In this document: positions 38,651-52,796 of the stretch, piece after piece
Layout: the number at the start of each line of letters is the position of its first letter
Numbering within the stretch: position 1 is the first letter of the stretch
Origin: Eledone cirrhosa
Taxonomy: Eukaryota
NCBI GenBank assembly: GCA_964016885.1
Contig: OZ024743.1
Location: forward strand, 96,348,001 to 96,412,000
Length of the DNA: 64,000 nucleotides
Reading direction: 5' to 3'
The notes under the pieces: generated by a model
What the model was told of the DNA's origin: nothing
Seen by the model: only the letters and a program-made list of their open reading frames with translations
Databases searched by the model: none
Program-made: the position numbers and the translations under genes

Positions 38651-41600
38651 ATATATATAAAATAACATATTGGAGTAACAAGAAATATTTTTATGTGTCA
38701 TATATGTATCAAAATAAACTGAAACATCTTCTTCAATCACAGTCAGAATTATAAATGACTTTAAAGAATGAACTCAAATCACATATTGGCAACGAAATAC
38801 ATAAGTATGATATAATTAAAAGCTGGAACAATGTTTTTCATAATAATGAAATCTACTTTTTGGGAGGAGAAAGTCCATTAAATCGACCCCAGTGCATGAC
38901 TGGTACTTTATTTTATCAATGGTACTCAAAAAATATCTAATTCCGAGTATTGATACATTAATTATAATTAGCTCCTACTTAAACGTAATTAATGCAGTAA
39001 AATAGTAACTTGCTAATATATAGTGCTGAAGTTATAAAATACTCCAAGTATACATTGTAAAGTGGTTGGCATTAAAAAAGGCATCCAGCCTTAGAAACGA
39101 AGCCAAACATGGAGTATACCAGCAGGTCTCAGTACATGACAACCCATTTAACCCATAATGGTGATGATGATGATACAGCAGAAATTAATATGTCAAATGA
39201 ATATTAATGAAACCATATTTCTTATGCATTACTGTGTTCATGCATTTCAATTAATTTTTGAAATAATCAAGGATTTAGTATGGCTGAACTAGGATTCTTC
39301 TGGAAGGAATGCAGCTCCTTAATTTATAAACTACAGAAGATTTATGATAATTGGAACCATCAAAATCTGCAAAATTTTATAGGATGAATGGTTGTGCAAA
39401 GGGTGACATATAAAACAAGACACTTCTTTTATAATGTTGTCACTGAGCAAGTGATCTATCAAAATAAACTCGAAATTAAAAAAAAGAACTTACATACAAA
39501 AAGGAAAATAGACCCTTAACTCCTCACAGAGTCATAGGGGAGCTGCCCTGACACACAACCTATCTTGGACATTATAAATCTGGCAGAACCCATCTCTCTT
39601 CAGGTCAGAGCACTGTGAAGGCGCATGGCTTAGTAGTTAGAGCATTGGGCTTGCAATCAAAAGGTTGTGAGTTTAATTCTCAGACTGGGTGATGTGTTGT
39701 TTCCTTGAGCAAGACACTTTATTTCACGTTGCTCCAGTTTACTCAGCTGTAGAAATGAAATGATAGGACTGCGGTCGCTATCATTAAATTACCCAAGACA
39801 CCTCCAACGAGATATACCTTGGAGGAGACCAGCTAAACCTGCATAGGTGTGAGCTGTCACACACACACATACAGACAGAGCACTGTTGATTTCTTCTAGA
39901 GAAAGAAAGTGATAAGAGATTAAGGAAGAATCATCTTCAATATTGGACTGTTACTTTATGTATCTACCATGAAAGGATGAAAGACAAAGTTGATCTTGGC
40001 AGGATTTGAACTGACAACACAGGGAACCAGAACAAATACTAAGACGTTTTTAATCTGATACTGTTATAATATCAGCTCATAAACCTTGGAAACGTGGATC
40101 TCATACATAAACATACAACTATCAAACCAAAAAGAAAGCCTTTATGCAAACCTTTGACCTACTAGAAATAGCAGCCAATTCTCTTTAAAATCATAACCTG
40201 ATGTCTTCAAAAAGATAGACATATTGCATTATGCGCTTCTGGATACATTAATCATCTTCATTTGATGTCCATTTTCTCTGATAGCAAGTGTTGGACTAAT
40301 TATTGCAGACCAGCTCAGTGCTTAATCAGAGCTATTGATCTCTCAGATAGGCTGAGGTTCAGGGTGTACATACCAGGTGCATTTTAAAGAGGCACCAACA
40401 CTAGAAACCTTGCGTTAACAGCTGGATATCTTTCCTATCACTAACTACTTTACAGGATGTACTGGGTATATTTTTTTGTGGCACCAATACTAGAGAGATT
40501 AACGTGTTCGTGACCTGACAGAAGATTCTTCTCAACCCATTTTGGCATGGCGTCTATGGTTGGATACCCTTCCTAACACCAAGGGTTTCTAACAAAAAGA
40601 CAAGATGGTCACAATTAGAGTGTTTTTGATCATTGGTATGCCTAGTCAGGGCCTTCTAGGAGCCAAACAGCATCAACAGCACAAGTATCAGGGAAACATC
40701 TACTCCATTGTAGAAGTCAGCTGTTTATTTGATATCAATATGATTAAAATATATGTATGAGAAAAAATATGTTTATGGACTACTAATGCCATATTACTAT
40801 TGGGACAAAAGGGTATGTGCCAATCTTTGTGTATTAAAGTAGGATTGAACTTCAGTTTTAAGTAGAAAGAGTGTAACTTCATAATTTATACATAATAGAT
40901 GATCATAACATAGGGAACATTAAAATTCCTCAAAACTTAAAATGCAAATAATTGTAGAAATCTTTCATTAATTTCCTTTTTCTTTACAACTGTCACCAAG
41001 CAGGCAACTGTTTAAAATTATATGTAATAATGAAACAATTTATACACATTAGATTTTGACATTTTATATATCGTGTTATTTTAAGTACTGTTCTAATATT
41101 TTACTGCCAAGTCATCAAGGTTATAATATAATCTTGTTTCAATCTATTATTTTTTAACCCTTTAACATTTAAACCGGCTATATCCAGCCAAAATTATCTC
41201 ACATCTTTCTGTTCAAACCAGCCATAACTGGTTGCTCATACTTATGTTAAGGTATTGTTCTCAAAATAAATAATATCAAAATCTTGTAGATTCGATATTA
41301 TGTGAGATAACTATGTGAAATAAAGTGTTTACCGTGAAAATGCAATAGTAAATATAGAGTAATGTAAATGTTAAAGGGTTAAATAATTATACATACATAT
41401 ATATAATAACCACTTTGTGTTGGTCACTTAACTGGTCCATCTGTAATGATTGAGAATATAGAAGAGAGAGGGGAAGAAGCAGTGAGAAAGAAAATCAAGC
41501 ATGGGTTGAAAGAGGGTGAAGTAAACTGACCAGAGTAGTGGGCAAAGAGCAAAAGAGAGAGAGAGAGGGTAGGGGGTAGGTGTGTCAGTAGAGAGATCTG

Positions 41601-42219
41601 TATATTCCTAAAGTAAAAAAATAATGAATGCATAATCCCATACACATATAAACAGACATACACACAGAAACAAGTAATTGTCATCTGCTAAGACAACAAA
41701 ACTTAAACCTGGGTATCTTCATCAATAACACCTTTAAAACATGACTGTTACATCACCTGTAATATTTTGCTACTGTCTATGTATGTTATACAACAACTAT
41801 AGAATGATATCAAATACATATTTTATTATGCCCAAAACATTTTATTCACAAGACAGCTGATGAACTCTGGAACAAAATTGATGACATAATCTAGTATATA
41901 GAAAACTTTTATATTATTCGACTTATCAACTATTGAATGAAATCCAAAACAGTCTATTACAGATATATTGTAAAATATTTGACTGGGAAATAAATATTTA
42001 ATATTGCGATATATATGTTGCTGTATTTTGTGCAGAATTCACAGCTCATTGGAGCAGTTACTGTACCTTGTTCACAAGGACTATTGGTTCAAATGTATCA
42101 TTCTTGAGTATGGAAATAAGGATGCTATGTAGTGTATTAAGATTTGTTAAAGTTTTACCAAAATAGTTGAACATATAATAATATCATATATAATGTCTCC
42201 AGTTTCACAGAGAGATAGA

Positions 42220-42258
<39 letters not shown>

Positions 42259-43070
42259 TTTGTTGTATTGGCAAAATAGGTGGAGCACCCAAGAAAACAG
42301 CTGGTGGCATGCTTCGAAATCCCTTTTATGTGAAACATTTGACTTTCATCATTTTTTCCAAGGTTGATCACTAAATCCCAGTTAAATACTGGGCTCAATA
42401 CAATTGATTTCTTCACATTTGAAGTAGTGAAGGTAAATGTTGTAATGGTTAGGGTGATTATAAGACTGTGAACCTTATTTCTAGATCTGGATTCTCAATT
42501 TCCTGTTGTTTTTCATTATAAAATGCTTAAGACACCTCATATATGATGCAACATCATAGGAGGCCATCTAACCTGTATAGGTGTGAGCTGTAAGTTTCAT
42601 TTCATTTTCATTTCTTTGAAAGCATTGCCTCAATATGGCCACAGTTGAATGTCTTGAACACATTAAAGGATAAAATATATATACATATATATCATCCTTC
42701 AAAAATCATTGTTTTTACATCCACGTTTCCATGCTGGCATAGATGGAATGGGATGTTTTGAGGCAATGTTTTACAGATACCCTCCTTGACACCAAACCTT
42801 TTTAGACCTCTTACAACATTCAAATACAGTGTACCTATTTGAAAAACTCGGACACACACACAGACATCTATCTATCTAGGGTGGGTTAAATTCCCGAGAT
42901 CCATGGACAAGTTCTCTCCAGCATCTCTGTCCCTCATTATTGCTGCCATGTCCTGCATCTCCAAGAGTCCAGTGTCTATCCTTAGGACATCAACATATTG
43001 GTCTTCCTCTTCCAGTGTGTCCATGCAGGAGCTCCCACATATTTATATATATATATATCAAGATGGATTC

Positions 43071-43222
43071 AGTACTTGATACTAGGGGTAGTAGGGATAT
43101 TAGAGTATGGTTATAAGAATGAGTCAGGACCCTGAACTAGCTGTTGAAACAGCAAGAGCTCAGCTGTTGGGGTCCTGACTTATTCTTATAACCATACACT
43201 ACTACTCCTAGTATTGAGTACT
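43071..43222. repeat. Long hairpin enclosing an atypical hammerhead-like core
   Basis: Arms gtatggttataagaatgagtcaggacc / ggtcctgacttattcttataaccatac. Confidence 0.7.
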
Positions 43223-43429
43223 CTGGTGAGTTATGGTTAACCAGTTTCTTACTAAACCCATCTTGATTTATATAGCTCCTACTATTGTAGTGAAGCACTC
43301 TTCGACTTATACCACACCTCTATCCCAGAAGTCTGGAACTAGCAAGAGCTCAGCCATTGGGGTCATCACTCATTCTTATATATATGTATGTGTGTTGAAA
43401 AATGTAAGTTGGTTATATTTATAAATTGC

Positions 43430-43900
43430 AGATGTTATATGATGCCTGTGTGAGATGTGCAATGCTGCATGGTAGTGAGATATGGGCAGCAACTGCAGAG
43501 GATATGTGACAGATGGAGAGAAATGAGGCAAGCATGCTCCGTTGAATGTGCAATGTCAATGTGCGTGAGTGACCGAGCATGGATGTGTTGAGAGAGAAAC
43601 TGTGTTTAAGAGGAATAAGTTGTGGTGTGCAGGAGAGAAGGCTGAGATGGTATGGACATGTGATGCACATGGAGGATTACCACTGGGTAAAGAAGTGCCA
43701 AGAAATGCCAGTTGAAGGAAGACGTGGTAGAGGAAGACCACGAAAAACATTGGCGGAGGTGGTGAGAGCGGACCTCAGATCACTGAAGCTCACGGTGGAG
43801 ATGACGAAGGACCATGACAAGTGGAGAGATGCTGTGCTGAATAGGACCCATCCCACCCTTGCAAGCAGAGAAAAGCGGACATAAAATGATGATGATGATG
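43430..43900 (+). mobile_element. RTE/BovB-like LINE 3' end
   Basis: RRLRWYGHV..GRRGRGRPRKT; (GAT)n tail. Confidence 0.85.
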
Positions 43901-46379
43901 CAGATGTTATAGACTAAGCAAATTATTTACTCTTTGTAAATAGGTTTTCGTTACATTGTATAATATAATCATAATTCTTTTCCATCTTGCTTTGTATCTT
44001 ATTGCTAGTATTGATATGTTAATCACACACATTTTCTTTCCTTGTTACTATTGCTTTCTATTTAAAGACCAACGCTTAATTAATATGTGTGTGTTTGTGT
44101 GTCTTTGTCAGAAATATCTGAGCAAGTATATCAATGGAACAGCACTGATTTTCAATGGAAACATTTTAGACTCAGTACATTCTGTTGTATTCTTTTAACA
44201 CACTGGGATTATTTGTCAATTAGCTTATAATGAACCACTTCTTCTTACATTTTAATAATGTCATTGTTATTATCATAATGATAATATGACATTGGTTTTA
44301 ATTTGTAGCTCTTTGTTTTATCTTGCTTAATTTAACACAGATATTGCTGAAATCTTTTCTTTGATTTATTAGTAAGTATAAGTGCTTCATTTAAAATTCT
44401 ATATCCTGAGTTCAAATTGGTTTAAAGATTTTTCAGAGTTTTTCTCTGTTTCTTAATTTTCTTTAACCTTATGATACTGATAAAACTATCACACATTAAC
44501 ATATCTTGACAATTGCTTGGGTGTTTCTACATGATTACTTGTGACAACAAGGACTCATTAGATTATGTAAACTAGGAGACACTCAGAGAAATAAGATAGA
44601 ATGATCATGGCTGGACTAACATTGATCTTTGGCTGAAACCAGCTTTGGGCTAAACAACAACAATATTGTTTTCCTGACAGTTGAATATCTTGGCAGAAAC
44701 TTGTGATAGCTGTGTATAGTTATTATGCAATGCTCAGTAAGATTCAGACTGATTATTGTCTTCCCCAAAATTATTCTTTACTTTGATCCAATTTGTGCTA
44801 CTGTAACATTTGTTTTGATGTATTTCTAGGTACTTTGATAGAAGCAGAAAGATGGTTTTTAAAGTTTTTTTTTTAAATTTCTGTTTTAAAAAAATATTTT
44901 TTAACTGGAAATTATATTCTGATAAAGTATCTCTGACTTGCACAAAAACACAACACAGTATTTTTGTCAAGGCTCTAGCCTATAGCCCACAAAAAATGAC
45001 TGGACAATGGTTTATCAACTTAAGAGTAACTACTCTCAACTGGTTGTACTTAAATCAATAGACTTGAGCCATGCTAAAAAACAACAACAAAATGCTTTAT
45101 CTTTAGTCTCAGTCAGCTAAAAATTATCCTTGGTCATCTTATTAAAAATTCTATTAAAAATCCTGGACAGAATGTTGTTTAACTATTCTAAAAGCTATGG
45201 CAGATAACATCTTACTTTTAGGAAAAATCCCTTCATATTTTTATCTAAGAACTTTTTGTTAGGCTCTATTGAAATCCACAGCTTAATATACTACTAACAC
45301 AACACAAAACAAGGGTTTCAATCTCATAAGGCCAACCCCTTTACAAGTTTCATACTCCTCATGAGGCCCTTTTTTAGGTAATGTTTTATGACCAGATGCT
45401 ATTCTCAGTGTCAACCTTCTTAGTCACCTCTTACAACAAGCAAACATTCAGTGTACCACTTTTAAACTGGATTCACACAGCAATATAATACACATACTTT
45501 ATTTCACGAATCTCCTCTAAATTCTAGATATCTTCTAAATTAACAGAAACTCATGGTCAGTATGTTACAATATGTTATGCAGGGGTTAGTTTTAAAAAGC
45601 TAATAAATTGAGAGACCATGATCCCAATATAAACATTGATATGCAATCTTGTTTGAAATTTGTTTGAAAGTTCATATTTAAAAATAAAATTTTCACTTTT
45701 TCCATTTCTTATTTACTTTCATCAAAGCCTTTTGATATTAACAATTTTGTTTTTTAATGATTATTTATTTAACCTTATAATAATCAAATTCGCCATAATC
45801 TCAACTGTTGCATGTTCAATAGAGTTTGTGTTAAATAATCAATCAAAACCAATGATTCATTGATGCTATTACTGACAAGAGATCTACGTTTGCAAGCTTT
45901 ATGACTCAATATCATTAATAAAGTATTTCATCTTTCTAGGTTTGATAAACTAAAGCAATAGATTTCTTTATTTAATAATGTTATCAACAAAGCAGGTTAT
46001 ATTACATTGAAAAAGGAAATATATTTATCCTCCACAAACACTGACTATTGATTTGAGGTAATTTAATCTGTTAAAGAAGGGTGCTATCCACAGGGTTTGT
46101 GAGACCTTTCCAACTGAATGTATTGCATTTTGTTTATGTCCATGTGTCTCATAAACACTTGAATTTCATAAAATTGTTCTAAAATTTTTACATAAAATTC
46201 ATGAAACTCCTTTGATACCAACAACCCCTTTGATTAACCCCTTTGATACCAACAAGCCTGAAACCACCCCTAATGTAGAATTTACCCCCTTCCCTTATTT
46301 ATATATTTTTTCTTTTTCTTTCTCTTCATTTCCTCTTGTTTTTCTTCTTGTTTGTAAATATACACAACCAAATAAAAAA

Positions 46380-46725
46380 TACCTCTGCACTGCTGTCTGG
46401 GAAGGATCTCAGGGCAGCTACTACGACCGCACTAGACGTGGCTGAGGAAAGGTTGCTGGCCAGGGATAGAGTGTCTCTAATGTTAGCTGGAGGGTCCTGG
46501 ATGCTTGTGGCGCAGCGCTGATAAAACATCCAGTTTGGGCTGGAGTACAGTGTCGCTTGAAGCCAGCACATGTACCATCGCCAAAACGCCGCCCTCAATT
46601 AGTTTGAGGTTGACTCTGTCCCAGAGATGTTTCGTGCTGTTAGAAGTGGACTGCAGGTTCTGTGTCAACACTTGTGGGTAGCATGAGAGCCTAGAGGCTC
46701 GCGGTGAAGGGTCACAGTTAACAGT
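46380..46725 (-). mobile_element. CRE/HERO-like LINE fragment (region N-terminal to the RT)
   Basis: RVNLKLIEGGV..LASSDT..LSALRHKHP, then VVAALRSFP. Confidence 0.55.
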
Positions 46726-49700
46726 AGAAACATGAGAAGGATATAGAGAGAGGATACACATTTTAATAATACATAAATTGTTGACATAAATTAACCCTTT
46801 TGATACTAAATTGCCTGAAGCCACTCCTGGTTTTATGAAGTGGTTGTATTTATCTAAAATCTGTCCATCATAATTTTATGTCAGAACCTTTGTTAAATTA
46901 TGATCTAAACACCAGCTTAACCCTTTAGCATTTACATTACTCTATATTTACTATTGTATTTTCACGGTAAACATTTTACCTCACATAATTATCTCACATA
47001 ATATCAAATCCATGAGATTTTGATATTATTTATTTTGAGAATGTTACCTTAACATCAGTATGAGTGACTGGTTACAGTCGATTTGAAGAGAAAGAGGTGA
47101 GAGAATTCTGGCCAGATATGGCCGGTTTATGTATGCCACCTGGGCACATCCTGAGGATATGATCAACCTCAATTGGTTTTTCTAGATGAAGGTGTATGTT
47201 GCAAGAACCATTACACCCAGTAACTCCCTCATAAAATGTTGATAATGTATCCAAAGTTTTGCATCTCTGAATATGTGAAGAACTTCAACATATTACTATA
47301 ATTGCTCCAGTTTTATTAACATTATTCAATATCAGTAAAACATCAGACATCATGCTTTGTAGCATAGAGTTATGGCCCTTTACGTTCCAAGGTCAAAACC
47401 CGCCGAGAGTAGCTTTGTCTTTCATCCTTACTGGGGTCAATAAAATAAAGTACCAGTAATGCACTGAGGTCGATTTAATCGACTTTCCCCCTCCCCCAAA
47501 TTGCTGGCCTTGTGCCTAAAGAAGAAATCGTTATTATTTGAAAATTATAGGCAGTGTCTTTCATAAGAAATATGGTTAAAAAGTAGAGGTTTGTTTATTA
47601 GCATATTTGTGATGTAATGTGAGTGTGAAAGTGTGAACACTATCTCAAATCAAATATGTGAGAAGTACTTTATTGCAAGGTTAACTTGCACTTTAAGTAG
47701 GATTACTAAATGTTTGAAGCTTAATTATTTTCTGTCTCTGCTGAGGAAATATAATCTGTGACACAACTGTGTCGATGTTGTGTGTGTATATGTATTTATG
47801 AATACTTGTACATATGATTATATGCAGGATTTTATGTATGTTTATGCATGTATGTATGTATTCAAGCATGCATTGATGTATGTGTGTGTGTGTGTGTATG
47901 GTTGCCACTAGAAATCTTCAGAGAAAGTATTTATAAGAAGTGAGAGGGTCTTAGGTGTGTGTTATTCCTAATTACTGTAAGTGTGATATTGTGAATTTGT
48001 TGTTTCCTTTTGAATTTCTATTCCTTTATCATGTTTTTATATTTTTCTTTTTCTTTCCGAGGATTAATTTATACTGAATTTGTTATTTTGACATTTCAAC
48101 TCATTGACATTTCATTGGACGTTTATAATTTTACTGTTAAACTTCCTCCCCAAATTCCACATTCATTCAGCATGATCTATTCTAGACAGTTCTACACAGT
48201 ATTTCCTCATCCTGTTTTAGGAAACTGAAGACTACATGTTTATATATATATTTTTTTATCTTTTATATATATATTCAGCTACTTTAGCATTTGGAAACAA
48301 TAGCAGAAATACAAATCTATTCTGTTTTATTACCATATTACCATTTCTAAGATTGATTAAGAATTTTCAATTTCATTTGTAAACTTCTGAATAGTAATGC
48401 AAATTCTTAAGAATTCTCCTGAATAGGCTTTGTGTTGGCTCAATTTACTTCAACCAAAACATTTTTCTATTAGTATTTTTTTAGCTTCAAGATTCATTGT
48501 TCAACTTAGTAAATACATATAATTGTATTTACATATACATACACTCAAACATCTCTAATGATAAATGTGAATATCTATGTGTCTGGATGACTTTTTGGCT
48601 TATATACTCAGTACACACATGCCTGCGTGCACACATGCACATGCACGCACACACACACACACACACAGAGACACACACACACATGCACAGTGTACTTATG
48701 CTGAGAACAGTGATGACAAATATATGTATCATATTTAAGTATTAAAGTAAATACACTGTTGTGAGACAAGCCAGATTCGATGACGATGTCTTGCTCATAC
48801 AGAACTGGTTTTAGCTTGGGATCTACAGCTGGAAGCCCTTCCTAACACCAAACACATATATATATATATATATATATCATCACCGTTTTATGTCCGTTCT
48901 TCCACGCTAGCATGGGTTAGATGGGTTGTCCTGTTGTGGGCAGTCGGCTGACCTTGTCTTGCTCATACGGGAACTGATTCTGGCTTGATTTCTACAGCTG
49001 GATGCCCTTCCTAACACCAACCTCATTTACAGTGAGTGGTGGGTGCTTTTTTTCCATGGCACCTACACGTCCATTTTACAGTGTTGGGTGGGTGCTTTTT
49101 GCTGTGGCACCTCCACAACCACTTTGTAGTGGGAGGGGATGGGGGCATATTGTCTATATGCTTCAGCTTTGGCTTATACCCGTGAGAAGTCGGGTCTTCA
49201 ATATTACTGTGTGATGCCATATATATATAATTATCTGAATTGTAAGATGCAAATAAACATGCAATTTAATGACTTCACATCTCACAATTAGGGAAGAAGT
49301 TTAATTTCTGTCTCCATTTGCGTGTGTTTCTGAGTGTACCCATGGCCATGTTTACTCAGGTCTGCAAACCATTGATCTTCATACTGTGTTTCCTTATGTC
49401 CCATAACTTTAAGAGATCAATAAGATAAATAGCAATCTGAAATAACCATTGGAGGTTGACATGATCAACTAAACACTTTGAACGTGGAGCGAAAGGATTA
49501 CTGTAGTCCAGTGACAGAAATCAGTAAAACAATAAAGGAACTTATATACCCAATAACTACACATACATGCACATACTGACATATGTACTTACTTTAATTC
49601 ACTCTCACACTCCAAATACCACCTATAATAGGCACACATACGAACACGCACACACTCACAGTTAGATTGAGACATGCGTGCAGACAGGTACACATTTTGA

Positions 49701-49950
49701 ATATACAGGTGCCCTCACATGATCCATTTCAACTGCACACACACGCACCAGTACTCTGCATACATGCTCACATGCAGGAAGACATATACCTCTACACTCC
49801 TGTCCACCCCTTTTCATACGCCCCTACATGTTTATCTGTCTAACCAATTAACTTATCTCCCACTCTTTTCCATTTCATACAAGTGTGAAGCTAGTACGCT
49901 TTAAAGGGTTTCTCTGATAGTTTTCACTATTTTTCATTGTTGATCTTGCA

Positions 49951-49995
<45 letters not shown>

Positions 49996-50001
49996 TCTAT
50001 T

Positions 50002-52575
50002 CTAAGGCGGGTAAAATTCCCGAGATCCATGGACGAGTTCTCTCCAGCGGTCTCTGTCCCTCATTATCGCTGCCATGTCCTGCGTCTCCAACAGACCAGT
50101 GTCTGTCCTTAGGGCATCAACATACGTTAACCTTGGTCTTCCTCTTCTAGTGTGTCCATGTAGGGGCTCCCAAAGGAGCACTGAGTGCAATGTCAACTGT
50201 GGATGTCGGTGAGCATGTCCAGCTAACCTCAGTCTCCTCTGTGTCACTTTTGAGCTGACTTTTGGGATGCTCCCATACAGCTCTGAGTTTTTCATCATTA
50301 TCTCATTTATTTCATGTGTATATATGTATGTGTGTGTGTGTATGTATATATGTGTGTGTGTGTATATATATGTATGTATATATCTAGGGCGGGTAAAATT
50401 CCCGAGATCCATGGATGAGTTCTCTCCAGCGGTCTTTGTCCCTCATTATTGTTGCCATGCCCTGCATCTCCAAGAGACCAGTGTCTGTCCTTAGGACATC
50501 AACATATGTTAACCTCGGTCTTCCTCTTCCAGTGTGTCCATGCAGGGGCTCCCACAAGAGCACTGAGTGTCAACTCTGGATGTCGGTGAGCATGTCCAGT
50601 TAACCTCAGTCTCCTCTGTGTCACTTTTGAGCTGACTTTTGGGATGCTCCCATACAGCTCTGAGTTTTTCATCCTCAGTGTATACTGATTAATGTTCAGA
50701 GTCATCCTCAGCATTCTCGTGTAGCACTCATCCACCATCTGAGTGAGTTTCTTGGTCAGTGTCCAAGTCTCAGACCCATACAGCAGCACAGACTCCACTA
50801 CAGCAATGAAGAGGTGGATTTTCAGGTCTCTACGAAGGTCCAACTTCCACACCGATCTCAAGCTGTGGCACGCCGCCCAGGCCTTGCTCTTCCTCTCAAC
50901 CACATCATCTTCCGTATTCCCAATCTTTGCTCCCAAATACAGGAAGCCCTCAACCAATTCTAGCGGCTTCCCGCCTACATTAGTGATCCCCTCTGGCTTC
51001 TCAACATTCTCTACCAGATATTTTGTTTTAATCTCATTCATTCTCAGCCCCACACTCATCGACACAGTCTCAACCTCCCGCATCAAATCCTATGCCTCTT
51101 CACTGTATTTGTCACCAAAACTATGTCGTCGGCAAATTCAGCATCCGATATCTTTTTCGCCCTAACTCTCCTGCTCTGAGCCGGTGCTACAGTAAAGCCA
51201 GAGTCCTGGTGTTTCTCCAGTGCAAGGCGCATACAATAGTCCACTACAATGATAAAAAGGTAGGGAGCCAATGTATCTCCCTGGAGCACTCCAGCCAGTA
51301 TCTCAAAGAACTCTGTCATCCCATTAGGTGTAATGACTTGGGCTTTGGTGTTGGTGTAGAGCAGTGATATCAGGTCCACTATTTTCTTGGGGATTCCATA
51401 AGCCTGTAAGATCTTCATCAGGCAGTAACGATGCACAGAATCAAAGGCCTTCCTAAAGTCAATGAAAACCATGACCGCAGGAAGGCACTTTGCTCTAGCT
51501 CCCTCTAATATCCTCCTCAGCATCAGGATGTGACTGGTGGTTGATCTACCCTCTCTGAAGCCGTTCTGGTTGTCCCTGAGCTTCTTCTCCATCTCAGGCT
51601 GGATCCTGTTAAGAATCATCCTGTTGAGGGTCTTTGCCACAAGTGACGTCAGTGAGATCCCCCTGTAGTTGTTGGTGTTAGAGAGATCTCCCTTCTTTGG
51701 CACTGGGACGATGTTACTGATCCTCCACTGATTCAGGGCAACTCCTTTCTCCAGTGCCCCGTTACAGAACCCCAGGATGATATCATCAAAATCACACCTC
51801 TTCATCACCTCTGATGCCACTCTATCTTCTCCATGAGCCTTGCCCTCCTTGATCCTCTTCTTGGCTCTCTGAAGCTCCTCTCTGGTGAAGGGCTCTGTCT
51901 CAACATCCAGTTCCTCAAACAGCCGCCTGATCTCCCCAGTGCTCTGGGCTGTGGAGGGTGGCTCTCCTAGCAGGGTCCTAAAATGGTCTAGCCATTTCCT
52001 CTTCCTATCCTCGGGCCCCGTTCCCTGGATTTGACTCGAACACCTTCTCTTCCTCCCTGTGATCTCGTTGATGATCATCCAGCTCTCCTTTCATCCAGAT
52101 CTGTCAATCGCTCTCTCCACACTTCTGATCTTCTCTATCAATGCCTCCTCTCTGACCTCAGTGTAAGCGGTACAGAGCTCTTCCCTCATCACCTCCACAG
52201 TCTCCATCCTTTCATCCGTAGGATCAGCATAGAATTGGTCCTTGGCAGCTTTCAGGTGTTCTCTGGCTGCACACACTTTTGGGTTTGCAGAGCTGACGTG
52301 CTTCCCTTTGTTCTTTTTCCTCGGCACCAGGGTTTCACTTGCTTCCGCCACTGCATTGGTGAAGTGCCCGTACCTCCTCGTCACACTCTCCTCAGTCCAT
52401 CCAATCTCTCTCCTCTGACTCTCCACACAGAGCACTAAACCTGTTTCTCACTTCCACTGTGAACCTCTCCTGTAGCTTATCATCTTCCTTGAAAGCTCCC
52501 CAGTCATAGATTGCTCTCCAGGGCTGAGCCTTGCTCTTTCTTAAGCTCACCCGGACCTCACTCATAACAAGCCGG
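50002..52575 (-). mobile_element. RTE-group LINE, 5'-truncated and frameshifted, with tandemly duplicated 3' end (small related piece at 42876-43040)
   Basis: GSDHRLV, NYRGISL, QNGFREGRST, GVLQGDTLAP, FADD, RRGRPR; 50002-50295 repeats 50384-50672. Confidence 0.9.
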
Positions 52576-52599
52576 TGGTCACTACCCAGTGTACTGAAA

Positions 52600-52634
<35 letters not shown>

Positions 52635-52796
52635 TATTAGAAAAATCTGCTTCATAGAATCGAGACGTATCCGACGACCGAGTGATTTTAGAGTCAGGTT
52701 TGATCACCATATCGATCGTGCCCCGAGAAACAATTGTAATATGTCCAATAAATTCCTTTCATCGCAACACTGATTCTCTTTTTTCTGTGATATATA

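Noticed and set aside
46380-46725. GC-rich patch as a host exon
   Set aside because: Frameshifted, and its motifs fit a CRE/HERO-like LINE
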